A stretch of 64,000 nucleotides of DNA, from contig OZ336877.1 in NCBI GenBank assembly GCA_965287045.1, positions 52,328,001 through 52,392,000 on the forward strand, given 5' to 3'. Below the pieces are notes generated by a model. That model saw nothing but the letters and a program-made list of their open reading frames with translations. It did no database searches and was not told the origin of the DNA. Below, piece after piece: positions 37,850 to 48,005 of this stretch (its first letter is position 1; every line of letters begins with the position of its first letter). The position numbers and the translations under genes were made by a program. The DNA comes from Carcharhinus amblyrhynchos. Its lineage: Eukaryota.

Positions 37850-39199
37850 TTTGAAAGGTATTGACATTTATTTGTATTTTTACACATGGAGAACTCCAAT
37901 TTTCTGAAAATGTAGTAAGTACATGCAATGTGTTGAGCACTCTTCTCACTTATACAATGTCATCAAGTATTTAAAAATTGTGAATACTTTACATTCCAGT
38001 ATCGATTTTCTTCCAGAAATTGATAATTTTTGATTCCTTCACAATAATTCATACAAAAATAATTTCATGTTTATAAAATAGATCATTGCATCAGAATAAA
38101 TTACAATGATTATATAATTATTCACTCTGTATGTACAAACCAAGGAACAGTTGTAAATGGATTCATCAGTTTCCATGAGGGAGAAGATGTATTGATACAA
38201 TTTAAGGCAGCTTTCTTTTCAGTCAAAAACTATTGAGCAAAATCTATTTCTGAATAATATCTATGGATCTACATTGAAGCGTTAAATGTTAAACTTTGAT
38301 ATTACTCTGGAAGCTAATCTGATTTGGGATCACCACACATCTAAACAGGCACAGAATAGTGCAGTCATCTTCTGCTAGAAAGGATTTGTATTCGTTTTCA
38401 ATAAAGCTCCCTCTTCTGGTCATGCAATGTAAAACCATGTGGTAAAGCCCAACAGCCACACTGCTGCTGCTAAGAGATATACTGGGCTGATACTGTAAGG
38501 TATGCATCTAAATAGCAACACTCAAAATAGGAAAGGTTTTAAGTAGAGTGATGTAGAATGCAAAAATCTGGTAATGTGATGTTGGCTATAATATCATGTG
38601 TTCCAGACTGGAGTTTTCCAGTCGTGGTTGGGATGTCAGATGTTCAGTCATTTATAGACCTGAATTCATCGCCTTCAGTTTACAATTACTATAAAACAAA
38701 ATGAAAGTAAAGCCAGTCTTAGAAGGCAGAATGTACAGTATATACATAACCTGGTATGAAATAGCCCATTTACTCCTTGTCATAGATCTAAATAATGGTT
38801 GCACCAAAATGGGAAAAAGTGTAAGAACTAACAAAATGTAAATTGATTAATCTAACCTATAATTCATAAAAATTACAACATTAACTTTGGATATGAACCA
38901 AGATTGTTTTGCCATTATACAAATAACTTGAACCAAATCCCTTTGAAATATTAACCTGAGATTGCAACTTGTGTTTAAGAGCAATATCTTTTTGCTCCCA
39001 TAATGGTAAACCCCACAAAAACAAGTATTGGCAAAGTTAAAAAAAAATTAAACAGCCATTAACACAGACAGCATAAAACGGCAGTGTTTTCTATCCACCT
39101 GTGGCTTGATCCTACAAGCAGTTTGACAACTTGATTCCATTTCCTGGTTTTGAAGTGTTCAGAAAGCACAAGCTGCCATTCTTAAATTTAAACTTGACA
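37850..39199 (-). other. HNF4G: Putative HNF4G 3' UTR
   Basis: AT-rich, repeat-free stretch directly after the stop. The first AATAAA I found on the minus strand is at 37872-37867; repeats resume just beyond it. Confidence 0.6.
37867..37872 (-). terminator. Candidate polyadenylation signal (AATAAA) of HNF4G
   Basis: tttatt on the + strand at the distal end of the repeat-free UTR-like block. Confidence 0.5.
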
Positions 39200-39324
39200 T
39201 CACAAGCCTTTCTGCTTTGGCAATGGCACTTGTTGAGAAATAACTGAGTGGCTGTTTGAAGCAAGTTTATATTGTTCTTGTCCTGAACCTTGTGGAGGAG
39301 ATGGTAGTGGGGTTTCGGGTGTAG
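39200..39324 (-). CDS. HNF4G: HNF4-gamma last coding exon, including stop codon
   Basis: ctctgcag|CT ACA CCC GAA...TTG TGA; (S)TPETPLPSPPQGSGQEQYKLASNSHSVISQQVPLPKQKGL*, matching the HNF4G C-terminal TPETPLPSPPQGSGQEQYK. Confidence 0.93.
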
Positions 39325-39396
39325 CTGCAGAGAAATGCACACAAAAACAATGCAGTGGTCACGGTCATGGCATTTTGAATGACAAATATATAAGAG

Positions 39397-39951
39397 CATA
39401 ATACCATAAGACAGAGGAGCAGAATTAGGCCACTCGGCCCATTGAGTCTGCTCTGCCATTCAATCATGGCTGATATTTCTCTCACCCCCATTCTCCTGCC
39501 TTTTCCCCATAACTCCTGACCCCCTTATTAATCAAGAATCCATCTATCTCTGCATTGAAGACGTTCAATGACCTGATCTCCACAGCCTTCTGCGGCAAAG
39601 AGTTCCACAGATTCACCACTCTCTGGCTGAAGAAATTCTTCCTCATCTCTGTTTCAAAGGATTATCTCTTTAGCCTGAGGTTGTGCCCTCTGGTTTTAGT
39701 TTTTCCAACTACTGCAAACGTCCTTTCCACATCCACTCTATCCAGGCCTTGCAGTATCCTCTAAGTTTCAATAAGATCCCCCCTCACCCTTCTAAACTAT
39801 AACGAGTACAGACCCAGAGTCCTCAACCGTTCCTCAAATGACGAGCTCTTCATTCCAGGGCTCATTCTTGTGAACCTCCTCTGGACCCTTTCCAACGCCA
39901 GCACATCCTTCCTTAAACATGGGGCCCAAAACTGCTCACAATACTCCAAAT
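39397..39951 (-). mobile_element. CR1-like LINE 3' end in the last HNF4G intron
   Basis: [35 protein letters not shown]; tail cataataccataagacagaggagcagaattaggcc. Confidence 0.92.
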
Positions 39952-40319
39952 GTCTAACTAGATAAGAAAACAACAGGAAACATGTTCTCTCACATGTCAT
40001 CTGTAAAACAGAATTAATACTTAAGACTTTCTTTTAATGTGTTGTGTCATAATAGGTGAAATGCTGTGTTTCCATTTCCGGAGGATCAAAACTTCAACCG
40101 TCCTAAAGGCCTCCAGCATCCTCATTGTTTTCATCCTTTTTATTATGCATAGCATCCCATTTGGTCCCTCACATCAAGCCACAAAGTAATAAGGTCCTGA
40201 TGGTGCTACCTTTGCAGGCCATTTCCCTGTTTCTGTCCTGTTTTCTGGCATACCACATTCTCCTCTCCCTATATTGAGGTTACTGTGCCCATGTCCTTGT
40301 TCACACTAAGTTCATGTTC

Positions 40320-40745
40320 ATCTGTCACCCTCATGCCCACATACTGACTCCCAGTCAAGGAATGCTTCCATTTTTAAACTTTCATCCCTTTCAACTCACT
40401 TCCTGGCCCTGCCCCATCTCGGTATCTTAGGAACTTCAAACAACCCTACAATGCTCCAAGATAATATGCTGCATTTGGCTAATTCTAGCCTCTTGACCAT
40501 TCTTGATTTTAATTGTTCTTTCAGTCTTCAGCTACCTAGACTGCTAAGCTCTGGAATTCCCTCCCTACACTTCACTGCCTTTTTATTATGCTTTCTTCTT
40601 TCAGGATGCTCTTTAAAAGCTACCTCTTTGACCAAGCTTTTAGCTATCAGCCCTAATATTGTGTTAATTGGCTCGATGTCTAATCTGGTCCAGTGAAGTA
40701 CTTGTGACATTTTATTATGTTAAAGATGCTATATAAATTTAGGTT
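40320..40745 (+). mobile_element. L2-like LINE 3' end
   Basis: ctaagctctggaattccctccct...ctctttgaccaagctttt...gacattttattatgttaaagatgctatataaat. Confidence 0.72.
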
Positions 40746-40927
40746 GTCACTGGAGCAAGTTGCAGAGTTTCTAATTGGGATGATGCAAATTGACAAGGTG
40801 CTAGCTGAGCAGTGCAGTGTTGATGCAGTGTTGTTGTATCTGTACATTAACAAGGGGTCATCAATTTAAATCATCAATGTGCCACCCAGAGGTTAATTAG
40901 AGATTAAAAAACAGGCAGTTTCTCTCA

Positions 40928-41211
40928 AATCATATAATCCTTACAGTTGCAGAAGGAGTACACTCAGCCCATCAAGTCTGCACTGACAACAATCCCATCC
41001 AGGTCCTATCCCCAGAACCCTATGCATTTACCCTGATAATTTAACATGATCAATCAACCTAACCCACACACATTTGGACTGTGGGAGGAAAGGGAAGCAC
41101 CTGGAGGAATCCCATGCAGACATGTGGAGAATGTGCAAACTCCAGACAGTCACTCAAGTCTGCTGGCACTATGAGGCAGCAATGCAAATCACTGTGCCAC
41201 TGTACAGCCCT
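40928..41211 (-). mobile_element. HE1/V-SINE with CR1-type tail
   Basis: tttggactgtgggagga...gtgcaaactcc...gaggcagcaatgc...cactgtgccact. Confidence 0.85.
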
Positions 41212-41841
41212 AGCAAATAGTCAACACCCAGCTCCAGTTTACATTTGGGCAGCAAACTGAAATTCAAACCCAATCTTATGTGCTTTTTCTTTGTCATGAG
41301 TTTCCTAACTCTAAACGAGCTCTCTTTAGTATGAATATTATCTTCACGCTTCTAATAAAATACAACATTTAAAAAGTATTTGAAACATGAAAATAATAAT
41401 TAATCTTAGATTCCTGGAGAATCTTGACCTTCTGTGCTATGTTTCCAAGTTTACATCTACTTAGACTTTAATCTTGGCACTTTAGTGTCATTCTATGAAT
41501 TGATTTTGTAAACGTGGAAAAGATAAGCTACATATTAGCACCATCAGATAATATCTTACACCTTATCTTTCATGACATTTCGCTAAAGATATGCTCTTCA
41601 ACTATGCACAATGCTCCTTATACAGAATGGCAAGATCAAAACAATACTGTTGTGAATAAATGTAGTATCAGAAATAAAGCTTTCCAGTATCCTGAAGGGT
41701 AGAAGTGTAATCAATAGATCATGGTTCCACCTGAATTTTACTCGTGCCATCCATGCATCGTCTAAACTAATGAATTGAAAGAGATTGCAGTCCATTCACA
41801 TTTGATGTGCATAATGTGAATAACCATTTACAACAGACAAA

Positions 41842-41965
41842 GGATGGAACTTTCCCATCCTGCCTGCCACGAGGGGAGGGTGGGAGGTGCGGACCATACA
41901 AAGGTCTGTTGACCTTGGGTGGGATTTTCTGGTTTCGAGTCAAGCCTGTCTGAAAAATCCCACCC
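41842..41965. mobile_element. ~127-bp MITE copy
   Basis: ...ggaccatacaaaggtctgttgaccttgggtgggattttc...aaaatcccaccc. Confidence 0.65.
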
Positions 41966-42284
41966 AAAGACTCTAATCCTAAATTCAAGTGAGGAAACAA
42001 GTTGCGTTAATCAGATCATTAATATTGTTGTAAACAACTGATTTTGTGTGGGATTTCTGCAAATTCCCTGGTGATGGTCCAATCACTGTGCTGTGTGGTG
42101 TTGATTTCCAGAGTTGCTGCAGCATGCGGGAGTTGTGTGTGCTATACTGCAGCAGTTGAACAAAAGCAAAAACAGGTATTGGTGTGACCTATAAAGGTGC
42201 TGATAAGATCCTGATAATCCTTCTGTTAAAGGTGATTCTGCACTTAGATATATATCTGTGTTGCCTGTGCCATGAGGAATAAAG

Positions 42285-42650
42285 AAAAAAACTTGCATTC
42301 ATATCAGGTCAGCCATGATCTCAAGACATCCCAAAGTGGTTTACAGCCACTGCTATACTTTTGTCACATAATCATCATTGTAAAATAGGAGACATAGCAG
42401 AAACTTTGTGCATAGCAAGTACTCAATGAACTAAATGACCAAATAGTGTAAAAATCCTAGCCAAGATACTAAGGCCCCGCCTCATCCTACGCTAGTGCCA
42501 GGGGATCTTTTATGTTAACCAGGAAGAGCAGACTGAGCAAAAGCTGACACTTAATGGCATGAAATGTGACTCCACAATTTATGCCTGATGAACTTTCAAT
42601 AGGATGTCGTGGTAATGCACTTCTAATTATAAATGTCAGCCTTAGTATTG
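42285..42650 (-). mobile_element. DeuSINE/SacSINE1-like SINE, decayed
   Basis: aaaacttgcattcatat...gacatcccaaagtggtttacagcc...tagtgccaggggatcttttatg. Confidence 0.55.
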
Positions 42651-42724
42651 TGTTAGCGCTCTCGCATTTCAACAACAAAGTTTCCGAAGTATTAAATTTC
42701 CAAGTACAAAGTAAATTTGCAAAG

Positions 42725-42812
42725 TCCCTCTCCACGGACACTGTCAGACCTGCTGAGATTTTCCAGCATTTTCTGTTTCAGGTTCCCACATCTGCAGTAA
42801 TTTGCTTTCATT
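42725..42812 (+). mobile_element. Penelope-like terminal repeat fragment
   Basis: ctctccacggacactgtcagacctgctgagattttccagcattttctg...catctgcagtaatttgcttt; reverse-complement homolog of 6043-6142. Confidence 0.55.
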
Positions 42813-42850
42813 CCAAAGTACCTGTTGGTTGTGAAGTATTTTAGGCCACT

Positions 42851-43074
42851 TGTAATGACTTCAATCAGGCTATTGAGGTTGGCCTATTGGAACATGAACT
42901 CCCTGATTAAAGGAGTCAATTGGGGGGCCAATAGTCTTTTCCTTGTATTTAACCAGGAGTTTCAGTTCCTCTGGGACTCCTGAAGGTAGACTGCTAGTAC
43001 GCTGTGTATTGCTGTTGGAATTGTAAATAAAAGGATTTTGATGAAGAAACTTCTACCTCTGAAGACTTATTACA
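42851..43074 (+). mobile_element. Solo LTR (224 bp) in HNF4G intron
   Basis: Inverted termini TGTAAT...ATTACA; 5-bp TSD CCACT (42846-42850 and 43075-43079); AATAAA at 43026-43031. Confidence 0.82.
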
Positions 43075-43521
43075 CCACTAAAGGCTTACCTTGATGGAGC
43101 TGATTACTGCCAATCCCCTATGTTTTGCCCAGCCAGAACCCTCCCATTGCTCCTGCTATTACTGCAGTGTAGCTTCTGGCCCCTCATCCTCCCTCTTTCT
43201 ATGCCATTCCTCCACAAAATAGTATGACATATTTTTAATCTCTCAGGCAATTAAGGGATATGGGAAGCAGGAAGGAAAGTGGAGTTGAAACCCAAGGTCA
43301 GCCATGTTTGGATTGAATGGGACAGTATGCTTGATGGGCCATGTGGTCTACTCTTGTTTCTGTTTCTTGTGTTCTTGTGACATCCCAAAAACATGAAATG
43401 TGCAATATAAATGCAATTTCTTTTACTCCCTTCTTTGTTAATATTGCTGTATTACAGAGGATCCAAATACTGTTATTACATTCCATTTTAAAAATATGCA
43501 ATCAACAAAAAGAAAACCTAC

Positions 43522-43644
43522 ACATTTGTTCACTGTGACCTGCTGCAGGCATTGAACTGATCAGAATAGTCTGGCCTGTCATGGGATCCTGGGCTACATG
43601 AGGGTGCCCAGGATGATGAAGGTGGGATGGATCGCTCGTCGTAC
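43522..43644 (-). CDS. HNF4G: HNF4-gamma coding exon (F domain; exon 9 equivalent)
   Basis: ttgtag|GT ACG...ATG T|gtaggt; 123 bp, phase 1/1; (G)TTSDPSHLHHPGHPHVAQDPMTGQTILISSMPAAGHSEQM, resembling HNF4G SHLHHP.HPH..QDP.TGQTIL. Confidence 0.9.
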
Positions 43645-44379
43645 CTACAAAGAAGAAAAATTAAAGAACATTCTAAAAATAGCCTGGACAAAAATCAAAC
43701 TGCTTCAAATACATGCTTACAAATGTTTCTAGAACTAACATGAACAGATCCAGTTTTTTGGTGAATACAACAGTGTATTGTGGCATTCAATATTTTTTCT
43801 TAGTTTATAAATGAAATATAGCAATTAAACACACATCTGAAGCAGTCACAATTTTTATATAAATGTTCAGCTGTGTAAATATGCATTGTGTGTACTTTTG
43901 TAAACTGAACACTCATTAAAACTGGAAAGAACTGGTAAATGTTGCAGTCAAGGTACAAGCGGTCATACAAATGTGTGAGTTGATGCTGGAGCACTTTGTC
44001 AATGTGACTGGGAGACAATACATAATTTTGGAACTATTCTTATTAACTAGTCAAATGAAACTTCCACTTGAACATTCAACTATCGTTGCCTAAAATAATA
44101 AAACACTGACGAGCTGACAATCACTGTATGGAGTTAATGAGCACTTGTGTTTACTTTATTTGTGAGAACAAAGTTGAGCAAATATCAAGGTTACAGAATA
44201 ATCATGTATACATTTTCAACGAATATATGTTTCTGTGAATATGTCTATGTCAGCTTGTTGTTGACTAGTCTGTGGAATATTCTAGTGCCTTGGGCCACTT
44301 GTCCTCAAGAGGACTTCACAGGGATTGAAATTGTGGAGGTGTGATTGAGCAGAAATTTCCTCCAATGAAGTATGAGGAA

Positions 44380-45190
44380 AACTGATACTATTGTCTTCAG
44401 TCCCCACCACAAAATCTGCTCCCTCACTCTTGATTTTACCAATCTTCCTGGCAACAGTCTCAATATTGCTCACAATCTCACTGCTATATCTGACCCCACA
44501 ATGAGCTTTTAACTATATGTCTGCACCATCACTAAGACCACCAATTTCCACTTCAATAACTGGATCTGTCTCTAAACTCTTCTTCTGCTGAAACTCATCC
44601 ATACCTTTGTAACCTTCAGACTTGATTTCTCTAATGCACTTCTGGCCATCCATTCATGTTCTAACCTCCGAAAACATCTGATCACCCAAAACAATGCTGC
44701 CAGTGTCGAACTCATGCCAAATGGTGTCCATCTGTGCTTGCTGACCTACGCTGAATCTCAGCTTAATGATAACTCAACATTCAAACTTGCAACCTTGTTT
44801 TTGAATCTCTCCATGGTCTAACTGCTCCCTTATCCTGTCATCTCTTCTAACCCTGTCACCCACCAAAACATCTGTGCTTTTCTCATTGCTGCTTCCTGAA
44901 CATCTCCAACTTAGTCGCTCCCCCATTGGTGACTGAGCCATCAGCAGCCTAGATCCTAAGACTCAAATTTTCCCATTCCACCTGCCATGGGAATCATAAC
45001 TGGCGAGGGATGGATCATGGAAAGTTCTGTTGAATTTGGATGGGATTTTCCAGTTTCAGGATGAATGTGGCCAGAAAACCTAGCCTAAATTTTGGAATTT
45101 CCTTCCTCAATTTCTCCACCTCTTTAACTCTCTTTCCTCTTTTGAGATATCCCTTAATATCTGCTTCTTCGACCAAATGTTGGTCATTTG
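44380..45190 (+). mobile_element. L2 LINE 3' part, interrupted by a MITE
   Basis: LIHTFVTFRLDFSNALLA at about 44593 (L2 motif LIHAFVTSRLDYSN). Confidence 0.78.
44960..45085. mobile_element. 126-bp MITE with TAA target-site duplication
   Basis: cctaa|gactcaaatttt...aaaacctagcc|taa; removing it restores the L2 sequence seen at 40544 (ctaagctctggaattcc). Confidence 0.72.
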
Positions 45191-45841
45191 TAAGACTCAA
45201 GGTCTTGTCTATAATTTCTCATAAAAAGAGTTTCCAATTTTAGGAGCGCCAAATTGGAGGAATCAAGTGAACAAAGGGTGATTATCACAGGAAATGAAGT
45301 ATCAGTTGAATATCTAAATTTAGCTGCAATGAAAGCTTAAATGCAGAGTAGTATTGGCAGAGGTAACGGAATGGTCATCTTCCAAACTACTGTTCTATCA
45401 GAAAGATACATTTTAAAAATGGGTGGGTGAAGAAATAGCATATGAGCAACGAAGTGCTTCTTGAAGTGTGGTCACTCATTTTGGTAGGAAAACATGCCAA
45501 CCAATTTCTGCAGCTAACAATTTGGGTTACAATAAGCACTGAAATTGACTGGAAAAAGGCAGTCTCAATTAGATAGGTGGCAAGAATCCTTTTGAGGCCC
45601 ACCCAAATGGCCACTAGGAATTTGGTGGAAACTCTGTTTACATGTCTGTCCAGGATGTCCACCAATCTTCAGCCACAGGCTACAGTGGCTGATTGGAAAA
45701 TCCCAGGAGGAAATTCCCAGTAATACTATAGAGGTAAAGTATTGAAACGGGAAAAGATTGGTGCCATTTTGAGTTTAATGATGGGTTATTTTTAAAAAAC
45801 TGTGGTACAATTGACTGGATCTGAAACGAAATCATACATAC

Positions 45842-46078
45842 CTCCTAGCAGCATTTCTTGGAGTAAGTTGTCAATTTTAGCTAGCCCAAAAAGTTTAACA
45901 AATTGAATTTGTTCAATCATCTGCCAAGTTATACTTTGAAGAGTTGGCAACAGAAGTAGCAATTCTCCGAATCGCCCTCGGGAATCATACTGTCGATCAT
46001 TAATGTAATCTTCCAAACTAACTTGCACTTGGTAACGCATATCCTTGATTTTTGATGGATTGTTTAAAGCCTTAGCAT
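45842..46078 (-). CDS. HNF4G: HNF4-gamma coding exon (LBD end, AF-2; exon 8 equivalent)
   Basis: gcag|AT GCT...GGA G|gtatgt; 237 bp; (D)[78 protein letters not shown](G). Confidence 0.95.
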
Positions 46079-47237
46079 CTGCGACAAAATAAAAAGAAAG
46101 TGATAGAAAATTGGGCACCTTTTTGTCACTAGTGGAGAAGAAGATTACAAACAAAAAGGATAACACAAACTCAAATAAATGTCAAAGAAATACAAGTTGC
46201 CTATTGACAACTGAGCTTTTATAGTGAGGATTTGTTTAGTAAAGTATGGTAGGTGAAAAAAGAGTTCTATTGTGCCACTCATGTCTGGGGACAGTACAGG
46301 TGATTTTCCATTCACCACTGTGTCAGTGAAAGGTAAAAAAAAACTCAAATGTGAAATTATCTAAATCCCCAGTCCTTTAAAAAAATGAAAAAAGACTGCC
46401 CGTGTCTGTGACAGTTGAACTAAAAAAAACTTTTAGTAATTACAATAGCTGTTTGGTGATATATTCCCAAGGGCTAACATCATATCATTATTAATGAATG
46501 GCTGTTTTTCACACCTATAATTATCTCAGCAGGATGTACTGAGTTCGCAATTTGATTTACAAGAAAAATAGGCTATTAAAGGATTATCTATCCTTTGATG
46601 TGGGCTTATGAAAACAGGGCTTCTTATATTTATAAGGGACTATACACTTGAAGGCACCTTCATGTGTTGAATAAGCTTTCATGAATGGGAGTGGCATTTT
46701 ATTACTATAATAAAGGCTGTAATCAATATTTAGACATTTATTTTATTTAATTTTAACATGGCTCCTGAGGCTTGCTCATGGTGAATACTGAGTCAGTTGG
46801 CATGGAGATTATAAGAGTAAAGGGTGGGGGATAAGGGTTGACATAAGGGCTTTGGAGCAGCTGGGGAGATGATGGGCTGTGAGGGATGAGGACTAGAAGG
46901 CCTAAAATTTAAAGAAACAACTGGGAGAAGTCCCAGAGAATAGAGGTGGGCCTTTTAAACAACCCGCTTTGGCAATTTACATGCCCCATTTGATTCGAGT
47001 CCATGGGTGCAGGGCTTGACTTCTTCCTGCAGCCACCACCGCTGAGTGAAAATTGGGTCTGATTGGGTACTATCTCCCAAGGTGGGTGCATTGAACTGGG
47101 ATATTCCCCAATTTACTCTCTCCACCTCAGGAATAAAAGTAAGGCCCATTACAAAAGGGGTCATATTCTAAAATCACAATCTTAACGCAGAGCCTTGCTT
47201 GGTATGAGTACATGGTGCAACTACCTGGGTTCCTAGG

Positions 47238-47415
47238 ACAGTAAGCAGTCTCATCACACCAGATTAAAGTCCAACAGGTTTATTTGGTGAGTGACCTGAT
47301 GAAGGAGCAGCACTCCAAAAGTTTGTGATTCCAAATAAACCTGTTGGACTTTAGCCTGGTGTGGTGAGACAGCTTACTGTACCCACCCCAGTCCAGCCCT
47401 AGCATCTCCACTTCA
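47238..47415 (+). mobile_element. Penelope-like terminal repeat with inverted 5' copy and hammerhead-like core
   Basis: 50-bp arms at 47238-47287 and 47331-47380 (46/50 complementary), enclosing CTGATGA-a-GGAG-cagca-CTCC-AAAA. Confidence 0.75.
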
Positions 47416-47631
47416 CGGGCTCCAAGTGGACACCAGAAATGCTGGCTTTATAATTTTTTTTCCTCATGGCTGAAATGAAACTGCTTCATTGTCAAAAAGG
47501 GGGTGATTCAATTCAAACCCCAAATTCAGGCATTTAAAAATTGAAATGACTATTTGCTACTTCCAGTGGAATACACTTGCCACCATGACGCAATGCTAAA
47601 CATTCTTTCCAATGTGAAAATCAGCACTGAC

Positions 47632-47784
47632 CTGGATCAAAGAAAACTATTGCTTTCAAACAGGCATATTCATTATCATCGATCTGAATTTCCTGAAAAG
47701 GCTGCACCAACTCATCCAAAATCCTATTTGCCACACGACTAATTTCCATTTCTGGGCTGTTGCGGTGTATAGCGTAATCATTCC
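47632..47784 (-). CDS. HNF4G: HNF4-gamma coding exon (LBD; exon 7 equivalent)
   Basis: caacag|GG AAT...CCA G|gtcagt; 153 bp, phase 1/1; (G)[64 protein letters not shown] matches the gamma paralog. Missed by the ORF track. Confidence 0.94.
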
Positions 47785-47917
47785 CTGTTGAAAGTGGCAT
47801 CGGTGGTCAGTATTTCATTTTATAAAATTAAGAATTGCTCACTATAATATATTAGTTCCGTGGAAAATTTTTTTTTAATGTTAGCTATAAGATATGTGAT
47901 TGTCAGGAAATTTTTAC

Positions 47918-48005
47918 CTAGTAATAGAACATCCTTGTATAACATGGATCGTTTTGCCACTCCAAGCAATAAGTGTTCCCCAGCATGAGCTCTCAACAAA
48001 GCAAC
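47918..48005 (-). CDS. HNF4G: HNF4-gamma coding exon (LBD; exon 6 equivalent)
   Basis: gtcag|GTT GCT...CTA G|gtaaa; 88 bp; [29 protein letters not shown](G). Confidence 0.94.

Noticed and set aside
43085-43215. Strong minus-strand donor (AAG|GTAAGC) suggesting an extra exon in intron 9
   Set aside because: No convincing upstream acceptor or HNF4-like coding content, and exons 9 and 10 already join in frame.
45792-45841. Exon 8 read-through ([17 protein letters not shown]) as an HNF4-alpha3-like isoform
   Set aside because: A good GTATGT donor is present, the extension is short and I saw no nearby poly(A) signal; no support without transcripts.
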